Positions 11,080 to 20,661 of a DNA stretch of 64,000 nt are shown here, piece after piece (positions within the stretch are counted from its first letter, which is position 1; every line of letters starts with the position of its first letter). The notes under the pieces were generated by a model. It did no database searches. It saw only the letters and a list, made by a program, of their open reading frames with translations, and was not told the origin of the DNA. Position numbers and translations under genes: made by a program. The stretch lies in NCBI GenBank assembly GCA_963733295.1, contig CAVTCS010000003.1, forward strand, positions 2,048,001 through 2,112,000, written 5' to 3'. The DNA is from Vulcanimicrobiota bacterium (GTDB lineage: Bacteria; Vulcanimicrobiota; Vulcanimicrobiia; Vulcanimicrobiales; Vulcanimicrobiaceae).

Positions 11080-12303
11080 TTGTCACAGCTCGCTCGTCGT
11101 GGAAGGCCTTTTGCGGCCGCTCTGAAACGCGTTCTTCGAGGCACACTAATATTTCGCCGGAGTTCATGTGGGGCTGGAGCTATAGACCGTCCCGTTTTCG
11201 CACTTTCTTGGCTCGCGCTCGCCGTGGTTTCGCTGGCGAGCGTCGGGTGTTCGAGTTCGATGAACCCGACTGCGCCGGCGGAGCCCGGTTCAAATTCGGC
11301 GATGCGCTCGCATCTACGGTCTGCCCAAGGCGCACCCCCGAGTGGCGGCATTTTGACACCCACACCGAGCCCCAGTCCGGCGCCGACACCGTCGCCGACA
11401 AATCCGGCGTACGCAATCATCGAGTATCCGTTGCCCGCCAACGTCGCACCGCAGGAGATCGTCGCAGGGCCCGACGGCAATCTTTGGTTTACCGTGGAGT
11501 TGGGCAAGATCGGCAAGATTACCACGAGCGGGGTCGTGACGCTGTACGACATCCCTCCGCCAGCGGGATCTGAGAACGCTTTTCCATGGGGCATCGTTGA
11601 AGGTCCTGACCGCAACCTTTGGTTCACCGCGGGCAACTTCATCGGCAAAATCACGACGGCTGGAACCATCACGGAGTATCCGCTTCCGCCAAGCTCCGGT
11701 GCAGTGGGTCAGATCGTCACCGGACTTGACCGTAACCTGTGGTTCACCGACGATTTCGGAGTTATCGATAAGATGACGACGAGCGGTGTGGTTACGCAGT
11801 ACCCGGTCCCGGGAGCGAGCACGAATCCGTACGGGATCGCCCGTGGTCCAGACGGCCGGGTGTGGTTCGGTGGAACGGGAGGCAATTTTCCGGGAATAGT
11901 CGGCGCGATGATGACGTCGGGTGCCATGGTGGAATATCCCGTCGTGCCAGGCAGTTTCCTATTTTTCCATCCATATGGTTTGGCGGTAGGTCGCGACAAA
12001 AACATATGGTTTGCGAATCAGTCCAACTCGATCACGAGAGTAACGCTAAGAGGCCTATACACCGATTATCCGACACCGACTATGTTCTCGTTCCCCTGGG
12101 ACATCGCTGCCGGCCCGGACGGGAACCTTTGGTTTACCGAGAACTACGTGAGCAAAATCGGGCGCATTACCCTGAACGGAGTTATCACGGAGTTTCCAAT
12201 TCCCAACCTCGGCGGAGCCTATCAAGTGTTTGGAATTACGCGGGGGCCCGACGGCTATATGTGGTTCACGGGTCCGAACATGATCGGCAAGATCCACCCG
12301 TAA
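11080..12303 (+). CDS. Virginiamycin B lyase (Vgb)-like beta-propeller, probable lipoprotein
   Basis: Seven GPDGNLWFT-type repeats; SVGC lipobox; Pro-rich linker; start uncertain. Confidence 0.85.
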   Translation: MSQLARRGRPFAAALKRVLRGTLIFRRSSCGAGAIDRPVFALSWLALAVVSLASVGCSSSMNPTAPAEPGSNSAMRSHLRSAQGAPPSGGILTPTPSPSPAPTPSPTNPAYAIIEYPLPANVAPQEIVAGPDGNLWFTVELGKIGKITTSGVVTLYDIPPPAGSENAFPWGIVEGPDRNLWFTAGNFIGKITTAGTITEYPLPPSSGAVGQIVTGLDRNLWFTDDFGVIDKMTTSGVVTQYPVPGASTNPYGIARGPDGRVWFGGTGGNFPGIVGAMMTSGAMVEYPVVPGSFLFFHPYGLAVGRDKNIWFANQSNSITRVTLRGLYTDYPTPTMFSFPWDIAAGPDGNLWFTENYVSKIGRITLNGVITEFPIPNLGGAYQVFGITRGPDGYMWFTGPNMIGKIHP

Positions 12304-12390
12304 GTTCAACTGCCGCCGCCGCAGGGGCACAACCGTATTACGGACCGGGAGCGAGGGCTAGGAAACGCCATCGATTAAGCTCGAGACGAC

Positions 12391-13602
12391 GTGAAGCGCA
12401 TCTTTGACCCGATCCATCACTTCATCGAGCTAAACGATGCGGAAATCGTCTTGCTCGATACCGGCCCGATGCAGCGCATGCGCCGGCTCCGCCAGCTTGG
12501 GCTCGCGAGCTTCGCCTTTCCGGCGGCCGAACACACGCGCTTCGGCCATGCGCTCGGAGCGCTTGCGGCCGGGGAGCGCGTCATCGCATCGCTACGGCGG
12601 CACGACGAGACGGGATATTTTGCCGACGAAGCCGACTTCGAGGCGCAGCGGCGCTTGCTGCGCACGAGCCTGCTCCTCCACGACGTCGGGCACGGTCCTT
12701 TCAGCCATGCGTCGGAGGCGGCGCTCGGCGCGCACGAGGGACGGACGCGCGCGATCCTCGCGCTCCCCGAGATCGCTAGCGCCCTCGAGCGCATCGGCGT
12801 CGAGGCGCAGGACGTGGCGGCACTCGTCACGGGCAAGCCCGAGTCGCGCTTTCCGGTGCTCAAGGAGATCGTCAGCGGCCCGAATCTCGACGCCGACCGC
12901 ATGGACTACTTGCTCCGCGACGCGTACTTCACCGGCATCATCAACGGACGCTACGATTCCGACCAGCTGATCGGATCGCTACGCGTGTATTTCGAGGGGG
13001 GCGGCCCGGTGCTCGGAGTCGACGCGCGCGGCGTCGTCGCACTCGAGTCGTTCGTCCTGGCGCGCTACATGATGTTTGCAACGGTCTACTTCCATCACAC
13101 CACGCGCGTCTTCGAGCGCATCTTGCAAGAAGCGCTGCGCGAACTCTGGCCAGATCCCCGGGCGCTCGATCCGATCGGTGCGTACCTCGAGTGGGACGAC
13201 TTTCGCGTGCTCGACGCGTTTCGCACATCACGTGGCGAAGCGGCGCAGGCGCTCCGGAACCGCCAGACGATTTACGGCTTGGCGGCGGAGTTCAACGCCG
13301 AGCGCGACCTCTCGCGCTTCGAGGCTTGCGTGCGGGCGCTGCGGGAACGCTTCGGCGACGCCGTCTGGGCCGACGCGCAAGAGCAACTGCTCCATCGCCT
13401 GCCCTTAGGCGTCGACGGAGGCGCTCCGACGGTGCTGGTCGGCACGCGAAACGGACTCGTCGACGCGCGCGAAGCCTCCGACCTCATCGCGAAGCTCTCG
13501 GGAAAAGCGTACTGGCGCAAGCTCTTCGTCAAGCGCACCGCCGCCGATCTGGCCGAAGCGCGCCGCATCTGCAACGCGCTTCTGGAAGCCGCGCCTCAGT
13601 AG
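12391..13602 (+). CDS. HD-domain phosphohydrolase (YwfO/SAMHD1-like dNTPase family)
   Basis: DPIH, RLRQLG, HTRFGH, LLHDVGHGPFSH, LDADRMDYL, VYFH. Confidence 0.92.
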   Translation: MKRIFDPIHHFIELNDAEIVLLDTGPMQRMRRLRQLGLASFAFPAAEHTRFGHALGALAAGERVIASLRRHDETGYFADEADFEAQRRLLRTSLLLHDVGHGPFSHASEAALGAHEGRTRAILALPEIASALERIGVEAQDVAALVTGKPESRFPVLKEIVSGPNLDADRMDYLLRDAYFTGIINGRYDSDQLIGSLRVYFEGGGPVLGVDARGVVALESFVLARYMMFATVYFHHTTRVFERILQEALRELWPDPRALDPIGAYLEWDDFRVLDAFRTSRGEAAQALRNRQTIYGLAAEFNAERDLSRFEACVRALRERFGDAVWADAQEQLLHRLPLGVDGGAPTVLVGTRNGLVDAREASDLIAKLSGKAYWRKLFVKRTAADLAEARRICNALLEAAPQ

Positions 13603-14639
13603 ATTCCGGCGAACCGGGTTTGCTCGGCGTGAACCTTTTCGAGCAGCGTCATCCAGCGCAGGTTGTAGTGGCGAGGATGACTGAGTTCCTCGATGTCGTC
13701 GAGCGGAAGCCGCTCGAGCATGTCGGCGATGCTCTCGAGCACCGTGCGCGACGGGGTGAAGCCAAGCGTGCGGCTGAGCTTGGCATTCGACATGCGATAG
13801 TTGCGCACGAGCTTCGGCAACGGCGCCTCCTCGAGGCGCACGTGAATCGGCTCGGGCAAGAGCGCGAGCGATCCGGCGACCAGCATCGCCAGCTGGCGGA
13901 TCTGATAGTTTTCCTCGAGCACGTTGAAGATTTCGCCGCGGACTTGCTCGAGCGGCGCTTCGAGGACCATGACGTGGACGCGCGCCACGTCGTCGACGTC
14001 GACGAGCGGGCGCCACATCCAGCCGCCGCCGTGCAGCAAGAGCCGCCGTTTGACGAGCGCATCCTTGATGAAGGTGTTCACCACGAGATCGAAACGCATG
14101 CGCGGACTATAACCGTAGACGGTGCCTTGTCGCAGGATCACCGGCGCGAATCCCGGTCCGGCTGCTTTGAGAAACGCGTTTTCACTGTAGTGCTTTGAGA
14201 CCGAGTAGTTGCCGCGCGGACGCACGTCCGTCGTCTCGTCGCACATGACGGGCGAACGGTCGAGCTCGTGCGACGACTGCTCGGTGTCGTAGATCGACGC
14301 ACTCGAGGCATAGACGAAGCGCTCGACCCCGCGACGCTTGCAGGCGGCGATGATCGTATCGCTCGCGACGGCGTTCATCTGCCAGTTCGCTTCGAAGTTA
14401 TATTCGGCCGTGGGATCGTTCGAGAGTCCGGCGAGGTGGACGACCGCGTCGATCCCATCGAGCCATTCGTCGCGCCACTCACGCACGTCGCCCGCGATCG
14501 TTGGCACGTCGATGCCCGCGAGCGGTTCGAAGCCCCAAAAGAAACGGTCGAGGACGACGGGCGCGTGCCCGCGTTCGACGAGCCGCCGGCAGAGAACCGC
14601 ACCGATGTACCCGGCGCCGCCGGTGACCAGAACCTTCAT
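13596..14639 (-). CDS. NAD-dependent sugar epimerase/dehydratase (extended SDR)
   Basis: TGGAGYIG, YSVSK (YxxxK), PRMRFDLVVN. Confidence 0.92.
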   Translation of the reverse strand: MKVLVTGGAGYIGAVLCRRLVERGHAPVVLDRFFWGFEPLAGIDVPTIAGDVREWRDEWLDGIDAVVHLAGLSNDPTAEYNFEANWQMNAVASDTIIAACKRRGVERFVYASSASIYDTEQSSHELDRSPVMCDETTDVRPRGNYSVSKHYSENAFLKAAGPGFAPVILRQGTVYGYSPRMRFDLVVNTFIKDALVKRRLLLHGGGWMWRPLVDVDDVARVHVMVLEAPLEQVRGEIFNVLEENYQIRQLAMLVAGSLALLPEPIHVRLEEAPLPKLVRNYRMSNAKLSRTLGFTPSRTVLESIADMLERLPLDDIEELSHPRHYNLRWMTLLEKVHAEQTRFAGIY

Positions 14640-14709
14640 CGTTTCCTCTTTACTTCGTCGATCACACGACCCGGAAGGTCCGAGCGGGCGATTCCGAAGA
14701 CAACCCTTC

Positions 14710-15915
14710 GTGCCGCAATCCGCCCGACGACCTCACGTTGCCTTCGTCGTGCAGCGCTGCGGCTCCGACATCGCTGGCGGAGCCGAACGGCTCTGTCTCG
14801 AGACGGCGACGCATCTGAGGGAAGCGTGGGACGTCGAGATACTGACGACCTGCGCGCGCGACTATACGACCTGGGAAAACGTCTACGAACCGGGCGAGAC
14901 CGAGCTGGGCGGCGTTCCGGTTCAGCGCTTTCCCGTCGACGCGCCGCGCGACGCCGCCGCGTTCGAACGCCTGAGCCGGGAACTCGAAAGCGGCGCGCCG
15001 GTGCCCCTGTGGCGCCAGCAGGACTGGATCGCCGCCCAGGGTCCGGTTTGTTCGGCACTTCAGCAATTCGTCGAACGCCGGGCGCGCTCGTTCGACGCCA
15101 TTTACTTCTACACGTACCTGTACGCTACGACGTACCAGGTGCTGCCTTTCGCGGGCGAAGCCGCCGTGCTCGTGCCACTCGCTCACGACGAGTGGCCGCT
15201 CTACCTGCCGATCTGGGACGACCTGTTCCGCAGGCCGCGCGGCATTTTGTTCGCTTCGAGCGACGAGCGCAGGCTCGTCGAGCGGCGCTTCGGCGAGCTT
15301 CCGAACTTGGGACCGGTGATCGGCATCGGCATCGATCCGCCACGCGCGGTCGACCCGGAGGCTTTCCGGCGCGCGTACGGCATCCGTGAAAACTTCGCAC
15401 TCTACTTGGGCCGCGTCGATCCGGCCAAGGGCTGTGCCGAAATGGTCGAGCAGTTCGTCGCGCTGCGCCGCGGCGAACAGCGCGCGCGCAAGCTCGTGCT
15501 GGCGGGTCCTCAGGAAATGACGCTGCCGAAGCATCGCGACGTCGTCGCCCTCGGGCAGTTGTCGGACGAGCATAAATGGAACGCGCTCGCGGCGGCGGAC
15601 GTCCTCGTGATGCCCTCGCGCTACGAGAGCCTCTCGATCGTCGCGCTGGAAGCCTGGTCGCTCGGCACGCCGATCCTCGCCAACGGTCTGTCATCGGTCC
15701 TGGTCGGGCAGTGTCGCCGTTCGGGCGGCGGTTTGTGGTATGCGAACGGCGCCGAGTTTGCCCGGCTCCTGTCGAGCGATCTGCTCGGGAAGGCGCACGA
15801 ACTCGGCGCTCAGGGCAAGCGTTACGTTGAGGAAAACTATCGCTGGAGCGATGTCGTCGCGAAGCATCGCGCTTGGCTCGACGACCTTCTAGCGCTCGAT
15901 GCGACGCACTCGTGA
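14710..15915 (+). CDS. Glycosyltransferase family 4
   Basis: GGAE, LGRVDPAKG, PSRYESLSIVALEA. Confidence 0.9.
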   Translation: MPQSARRPHVAFVVQRCGSDIAGGAERLCLETATHLREAWDVEILTTCARDYTTWENVYEPGETELGGVPVQRFPVDAPRDAAAFERLSRELESGAPVPLWRQQDWIAAQGPVCSALQQFVERRARSFDAIYFYTYLYATTYQVLPFAGEAAVLVPLAHDEWPLYLPIWDDLFRRPRGILFASSDERRLVERRFGELPNLGPVIGIGIDPPRAVDPEAFRRAYGIRENFALYLGRVDPAKGCAEMVEQFVALRRGEQRARKLVLAGPQEMTLPKHRDVVALGQLSDEHKWNALAAADVLVMPSRYESLSIVALEAWSLGTPILANGLSSVLVGQCRRSGGGLWYANGAEFARLLSSDLLGKAHELGAQGKRYVEENYRWSDVVAKHRAWLDDLLALDATHS

Positions 15916-17219
15916 AGCAACTCATCGCGATGGGAACGGTCGTGCTGCCCGTGCCGCATCGCTTGCCGCTCGACGTGCGTTCGGCGGCGATCTTCTTTGC
16001 ACTCGGGATCTTCGCGCTGCTGCTGACGCGACGTCGCCCGGTTTACGGCATCGCGTTGCTCGTGCTGCTCGACCCGTTCGACGCCGCACGATACGTTCTC
16101 GGCACGACGATCACGTTGCCGAAGGCAGCTCTGGTCGGTGCGCTCCTCGGCCTCGCGCTGCGACGCCCTTCGTTCGAAGTGTTGAAGGCGCCGCGCTCGC
16201 GGCCGCTGGTCGCCGGCATTCTCGCCATTCTCGCGGCGACGCTGCTGACGGCAATTCCGGGGGTCTACATCGACGCCGTCGCGCGCGAAACGCTCAAGAC
16301 GCTCGAATACGCCGCGGGTTTCGCGTTCGCTGCGCTGGCCTTCGATGCGGACCGGGACGAACGTGTGATTTGGCGCGCAATCGAGATCGGAGCGGCGAGC
16401 GTCGCCCTTCTCGCGCTCGCCCAGCTCTTCACCATCGCCCCGTCGGGCATCGTACTCGGCGGACAGGTCGTTCCCCGGATCGCCGGTCCGCTCGAGGGAC
16501 CCAACCAGTTGGCCGGATACTTCGATCTTGCGATCCCGCTGCTGCTGGCACGCACGCTGCGGGCAGGCGACCGCTGGGCGCTGCCGGCTCTGATCCTCGC
16601 CGCAGTAGCAGACGTCCTGACCCTCTCTCGCTCGGGCGTTCTCGCCGCGCTCGTGGGCTGCATCGCCGTCTTGGCGATGGCGGGCCGGCTCCGGCTGCGG
16701 AGCGCGACGTTGCTGCCGGCAGCGGGCGCCGTTTTGCTCGTCACGGGGTTGCTCGCCATGGCCGGCCTTTTGCCCCGCTTCCTCTCCGTCGAGGAGGTCG
16801 GCCGCGAAAACGGTTTGGCGACGCGCGGCGAGCTCTGGCATGCCGCGCTCGCACTGTGGATTCGCCATCCGCTCCTCGGCGTGGGCGCGGGCAACTACGA
16901 ACTCGTGCTTCCGAGCGTAGGCCTGATCGGCGTGCGCACCCACGCGAATAGCGCATATCTGCAGGCGCTGGCCGAAGGCGGCGTGCCGCTCTTCTTGGCG
17001 ACGGTCTGGACCGCGATCGCCGCGGTGCGAAGCCTCTGGCCGCGCGGCAGCGGGGCGCCACTTTTGGCGGGAATCGCGGCAGCCAGCCTAGCCCTCGGCC
17101 TGCATCAATTATTCGACTGCTTGACCTTTTTTCCGAAGATCGGGACGTATTGGTGGCTGCTGCTGGGCATAGGTATTGCCGCGCTCCCTAAGGAGACCCT
17201 AATATCGGAGCGGAGGTGA
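15912..17219 (+). CDS. O-antigen ligase (WaaL/Wzy_C) family membrane protein
   Basis: GPNQLAG, TLSRSG, HPLLGVGAGNY, HANSAYLQALAEGG. Confidence 0.85.
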   Translation: MKQLIAMGTVVLPVPHRLPLDVRSAAIFFALGIFALLLTRRRPVYGIALLVLLDPFDAARYVLGTTITLPKAALVGALLGLALRRPSFEVLKAPRSRPLVAGILAILAATLLTAIPGVYIDAVARETLKTLEYAAGFAFAALAFDADRDERVIWRAIEIGAASVALLALAQLFTIAPSGIVLGGQVVPRIAGPLEGPNQLAGYFDLAIPLLLARTLRAGDRWALPALILAAVADVLTLSRSGVLAALVGCIAVLAMAGRLRLRSATLLPAAGAVLLVTGLLAMAGLLPRFLSVEEVGRENGLATRGELWHAALALWIRHPLLGVGAGNYELVLPSVGLIGVRTHANSAYLQALAEGGVPLFLATVWTAIAAVRSLWPRGSGAPLLAGIAAASLALGLHQLFDCLTFFPKIGTYWWLLLGIGIAALPKETLISERR

Positions 17220-17250
17220 AGCGGAGTGGGGAAGCAGAAGCGCGTCCCTG

Positions 17251-17652
17251 ATGATTGAAACGGCGAACCCCGAGATCGACGTCGACGCTCTGATGCTCCG
17301 CCTGCGAAAGCGCGTCGCGGAACTTCGCAGCAACGGGCATCAGGAGCCTCTTCCCGTCAATGCGGTCAAGCTTCGGAACAACGTCTTTATCAACTCGTTG
17401 GAAGCTTTCGCGAATATCGCCGACCAGAAGTCGCAAGTCCGCACTCAATGGCCGTCGCATCTCGGCGGCCCCGTATTCCGGATGGCGCGAGTTCGCAAGC
17501 TTTTTCTCGATGGCCTGTCGTTCGTTTTCAAGGACCAACGTCACGTGAATCAGGCGCTCGTCGCGGCCTTCCGCGAGTCGATCAGCCTCAATCGCCAATT
17601 GATCGAGCAGGTCGAGACGCTTCGGCAAGAGATCGAAGCGTTAAAGCGCTAG
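17251..17652 (+). CDS. Small coiled-coil hypothetical protein coupled to downstream GT
   Basis: 133 aa ORF whose stop overlaps the GTG of the next gene; C-terminal heptads. Confidence 0.7.
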   Translation: MIETANPEIDVDALMLRLRKRVAELRSNGHQEPLPVNAVKLRNNVFINSLEAFANIADQKSQVRTQWPSHLGGPVFRMARVRKLFLDGLSFVFKDQRHVNQALVAAFRESISLNRQLIEQVETLRQEIEALKR

Positions 17653-19568
17653 TGCGCCTCGCGATCGTGACGCCGTGGTTCGGACGCGAACTCCGCGGTG
17701 GCGCCGAACAGCAAAGTTGGCAACTGGCCCATCATCTCGCAGCGAGAGGACACTCCGTCGACGTCCTGACGACGTGCTCGGCAAGCTTCGACGACGATTG
17801 GTCGCGTAACCGGTTACGCCCGGGAGTCGAGAAGCTCGGCAATTTTACGGTGCGCCGTTTTAAGGTCGGCAAGAGGAACCGTCGAGCCTTCGCTCGCGTC
17901 AACGCGATTCTCACCGCGCTCGAATCCAAAGAGCTCAAGCGCTCCGTCAGTCCGATCGGCGACGAAGACGCTGCGATCTTCAGCGAGCAGAACATCAACT
18001 CGCCGGCGTTGCTGCACTACTTGGAGAAGCACGGGCGCGACTATCACTCGATCATTTTCATCCCGTATCTCTACGGCACGACGCTGGTCGGAATTCCGCT
18101 CGTCGCGGAGCGCGCATACTTGCAGCCCTGCTTGCACGACGAATCGTATGCATATCTGCCTGCCGTGAGTGAAGCCGTTCACCGTGCGCGAGGTCTCCTC
18201 TTCAACAGCGAAGGGGAGTTCGAGATCGCGCTGCGCCTCTTCGGACCGGGCATCATCCCGAAGTCGAACGTGGTCGGTCAAGGCGTCGACGAGTTTCCCG
18301 CCGCCACGGCCGGGCTCGAGCGCGTGGGTAACTTCGTCCCGCGCCACGAGCACTACGTGCTGTATCTGGGACGTCAGGACCCCGCGAAAAACATCGGACT
18401 GCTAGTTCACGCCTTCGGCGAATTCAAACGGCGCCACCCGATGTCGCGCCTCAAGCTCGTGCTCGCCGGGCAACGCCCCACGTCGTACGGCGACACGACG
18501 AAGGACATCATCGACGTCGGTCCGGTCGGCGAACCCGAAAAGGTCGAACTCCTGCGCCACATGCGAGCTCTCGTGCAACCGAGTTTGATGGAAAGCTACT
18601 CGCGCGTGATGATCGAAGCGTGGCTGTTCGGCAAGCCGGTCATCGTGCACGAGGATTGCCTCGCAACGGCGACCGTCGTACGGCAAGTCGAGGGCGGCCT
18701 GCGGGCCGGCTCGACAACCTCATGGGAGGCCGCGTTGTACACCGTCGACGTCGCCGAGCGGGCCACGCTCGACGCGATGGGCGAACGCGGCGCGGCCTAC
18801 GCGCACCGTGCCGCCGACTGGAATCTCGTCATCGACAACTACGAGCGAGCCTTGACCACGACCGCGTCGCTTGCAGCCGCGACAAACGGCTCGCATTTCA
18901 GCGGACCGAAGAACGGCGCGGCGGGTTTACCGGTGGTCGATCCGCGCGTCTGGGACCGCGACGACGATCGGCCCCTCGCCAAAGCGCTGCAGGACGGTTG
19001 CACGAATCTGATTTACGTCGGTTCGCTGGCAGCTATCGAACCGCTCAACCAACTGCTGACGACGTTCTTGCACTATCTCACTCTGGACCGCGAGTCGAGG
19101 CTCGTGCTGGTCGGACGCGGCGAAGTGCGCAACGAGATCTACGAGCGGCTCTACGCGGAGGTTCGTTCGCTGGATTTGGCCGATCACGTTTTGGTCGCCC
19201 GCGACGTCCTCATGCCGCAGTTGCAGGCCGTCTACCGGACGGCGAGCCTGTTCTGGTCGCTCGACGACGTCTCGCCGCCGATCGAGGGCTTCCTCGAAGC
19301 GATGTGGTTCGACGTCCCGATCCTGGCGTACAAGTCCCCGGCAGCCGAGCAGGTCGTCGGCGACGCGGGAATCCTGTTGCGAGAAAAGCACGATCTACTC
19401 AGCGTCGCCGTGCTAGCGCAGACGATCACGACCGATCGCTCGCTGCACGACAAGATCGTCGCGGCGCAGAGGATTGCGAGAGGACGGTTTAAAGCGATCG
19501 CCGATACCGCCGCCGCGAACAACGAGGGCTTGCGAAGTCTCGCCCGGACCGCGACTATTCGACGGTGA
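17652..19568 (+). CDS. Glycosyltransferase family 4 with a second partial GT-B domain
   Basis: GGAE, LGRQDPAKN, ESYSRVMIEA; second EGFLEAM..VPILA motif. Confidence 0.88.
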   Translation: MRLAIVTPWFGRELRGGAEQQSWQLAHHLAARGHSVDVLTTCSASFDDDWSRNRLRPGVEKLGNFTVRRFKVGKRNRRAFARVNAILTALESKELKRSVSPIGDEDAAIFSEQNINSPALLHYLEKHGRDYHSIIFIPYLYGTTLVGIPLVAERAYLQPCLHDESYAYLPAVSEAVHRARGLLFNSEGEFEIALRLFGPGIIPKSNVVGQGVDEFPAATAGLERVGNFVPRHEHYVLYLGRQDPAKNIGLLVHAFGEFKRRHPMSRLKLVLAGQRPTSYGDTTKDIIDVGPVGEPEKVELLRHMRALVQPSLMESYSRVMIEAWLFGKPVIVHEDCLATATVVRQVEGGLRAGSTTSWEAALYTVDVAERATLDAMGERGAAYAHRAADWNLVIDNYERALTTTASLAAATNGSHFSGPKNGAAGLPVVDPRVWDRDDDRPLAKALQDGCTNLIYVGSLAAIEPLNQLLTTFLHYLTLDRESRLVLVGRGEVRNEIYERLYAEVRSLDLADHVLVARDVLMPQLQAVYRTASLFWSLDDVSPPIEGFLEAMWFDVPILAYKSPAAEQVVGDAGILLREKHDLLSVAVLAQTITTDRSLHDKIVAAQRIARGRFKAIADTAAANNEGLRSLARTATIRR

Positions 19569-20580
19569 GTTTGACTCTGATCTTTGACAGGTAGTACTCG
19601 GAACCGTTGCCCGTCATAGATTCGCAAACTGACATCGTGGACGCCCTTTGAAAGCGAGTTTGCGGGAATTGTGATCAGGAAACCGGATGGCGCGAATGCA
19701 TCGTTTCCTAGCGCCGAGGCGACGTCCGGACGCTGCGAGCCGTAAACACCGGCCACATCTTTTTTAGCGTCGATGACTGCGCTGACTCCCCAGCGACTCC
19801 CCCACTCAATTTGTCGATAGCCCAACCTCGGAGTGTCATCGGATCGGCGGCATTCACAGTCGCCAACGCCGGCGTCTCGTTCGTCTCGGTCAACGGCCGT
19901 CGTCCAACGACGAATCGTCCAACGCATAGGCCGTCGCTTCGGGTAACTCGTGGTGCCGCCGCGGGGAGCGTCTGCGCGACTGCACGACGACGGTTGACCA
20001 AGCCGGGTCGACATAGTAGCCTTCCCTGCTTTGATCCTCAAGAAGGAACGCTAAACGGTGCGTGCCCTCGCGCAGCAACGCCGACGGAACGATGATGTTG
20101 AATCCGGATCTCTCATACTGTGGGTTCTTTAACGTTGCCGCCACGTCGGGGCGGGCGAACAAAGGCCCTCTTGCACGCGCAAATTGATCGACTTGAAGAG
20201 TACGCGACGGACGGCGCCGCTTTCGCGGACTCTTCGATGGCCCAGCCGAGAAACTGATAGATTCTGGCCTTCAGTCATGACGATTTTCGCACCCTTTTTG
20301 AAGATCTGCTTTTGACCACCGACAGTTAGAACGTCCAGCGTCAAAAGCGGTTTGCCTGGAAGAACCGCTAATGCGCGCTGGGCGGTTCCGCCGCGTCGTA
20401 GGCGACATCTGCCGCCTTGTGGCCCGTTTGAGAGATCACGATGCCTACCAGCAAAATCAGAATTGCGAGCGCGCCGATGGTCGTCTCAAGCCAATATTTG
20501 GCCGCGAATCTCGTGAAACTAAAGTCGCTGGTTTGGTCATTTTTCCTTCATCGATTCTTATTTTACTCGGCATAGATGCA
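19565..20580 (-). CDS. Membrane-anchored protein with two GW...RPDVA...SGF modules (frameshifted in this sequence)
   Basis: Fragments across frames: TM segment ALAILILLVGIV, ARPDVAATLKNPQYERSGF, GWAIDK, RPDVASALGNDAFAPSGF. Confidence 0.55.
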
Positions 20581-20661
20581 GAGGCTCGTCATCTATAGCG
20601 AATGGTCGAAAAGCTGCATTCGATGCGGCTCTGAAAAAAGAAAGGCGTGCTTGTGACAAAC

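Noticed and set aside
12391..13602. HD hydrolase as an anti-phage dNTP-depletion system
   Set aside because: Resembles the widespread housekeeping YwfO-like family and has no defence-island context.
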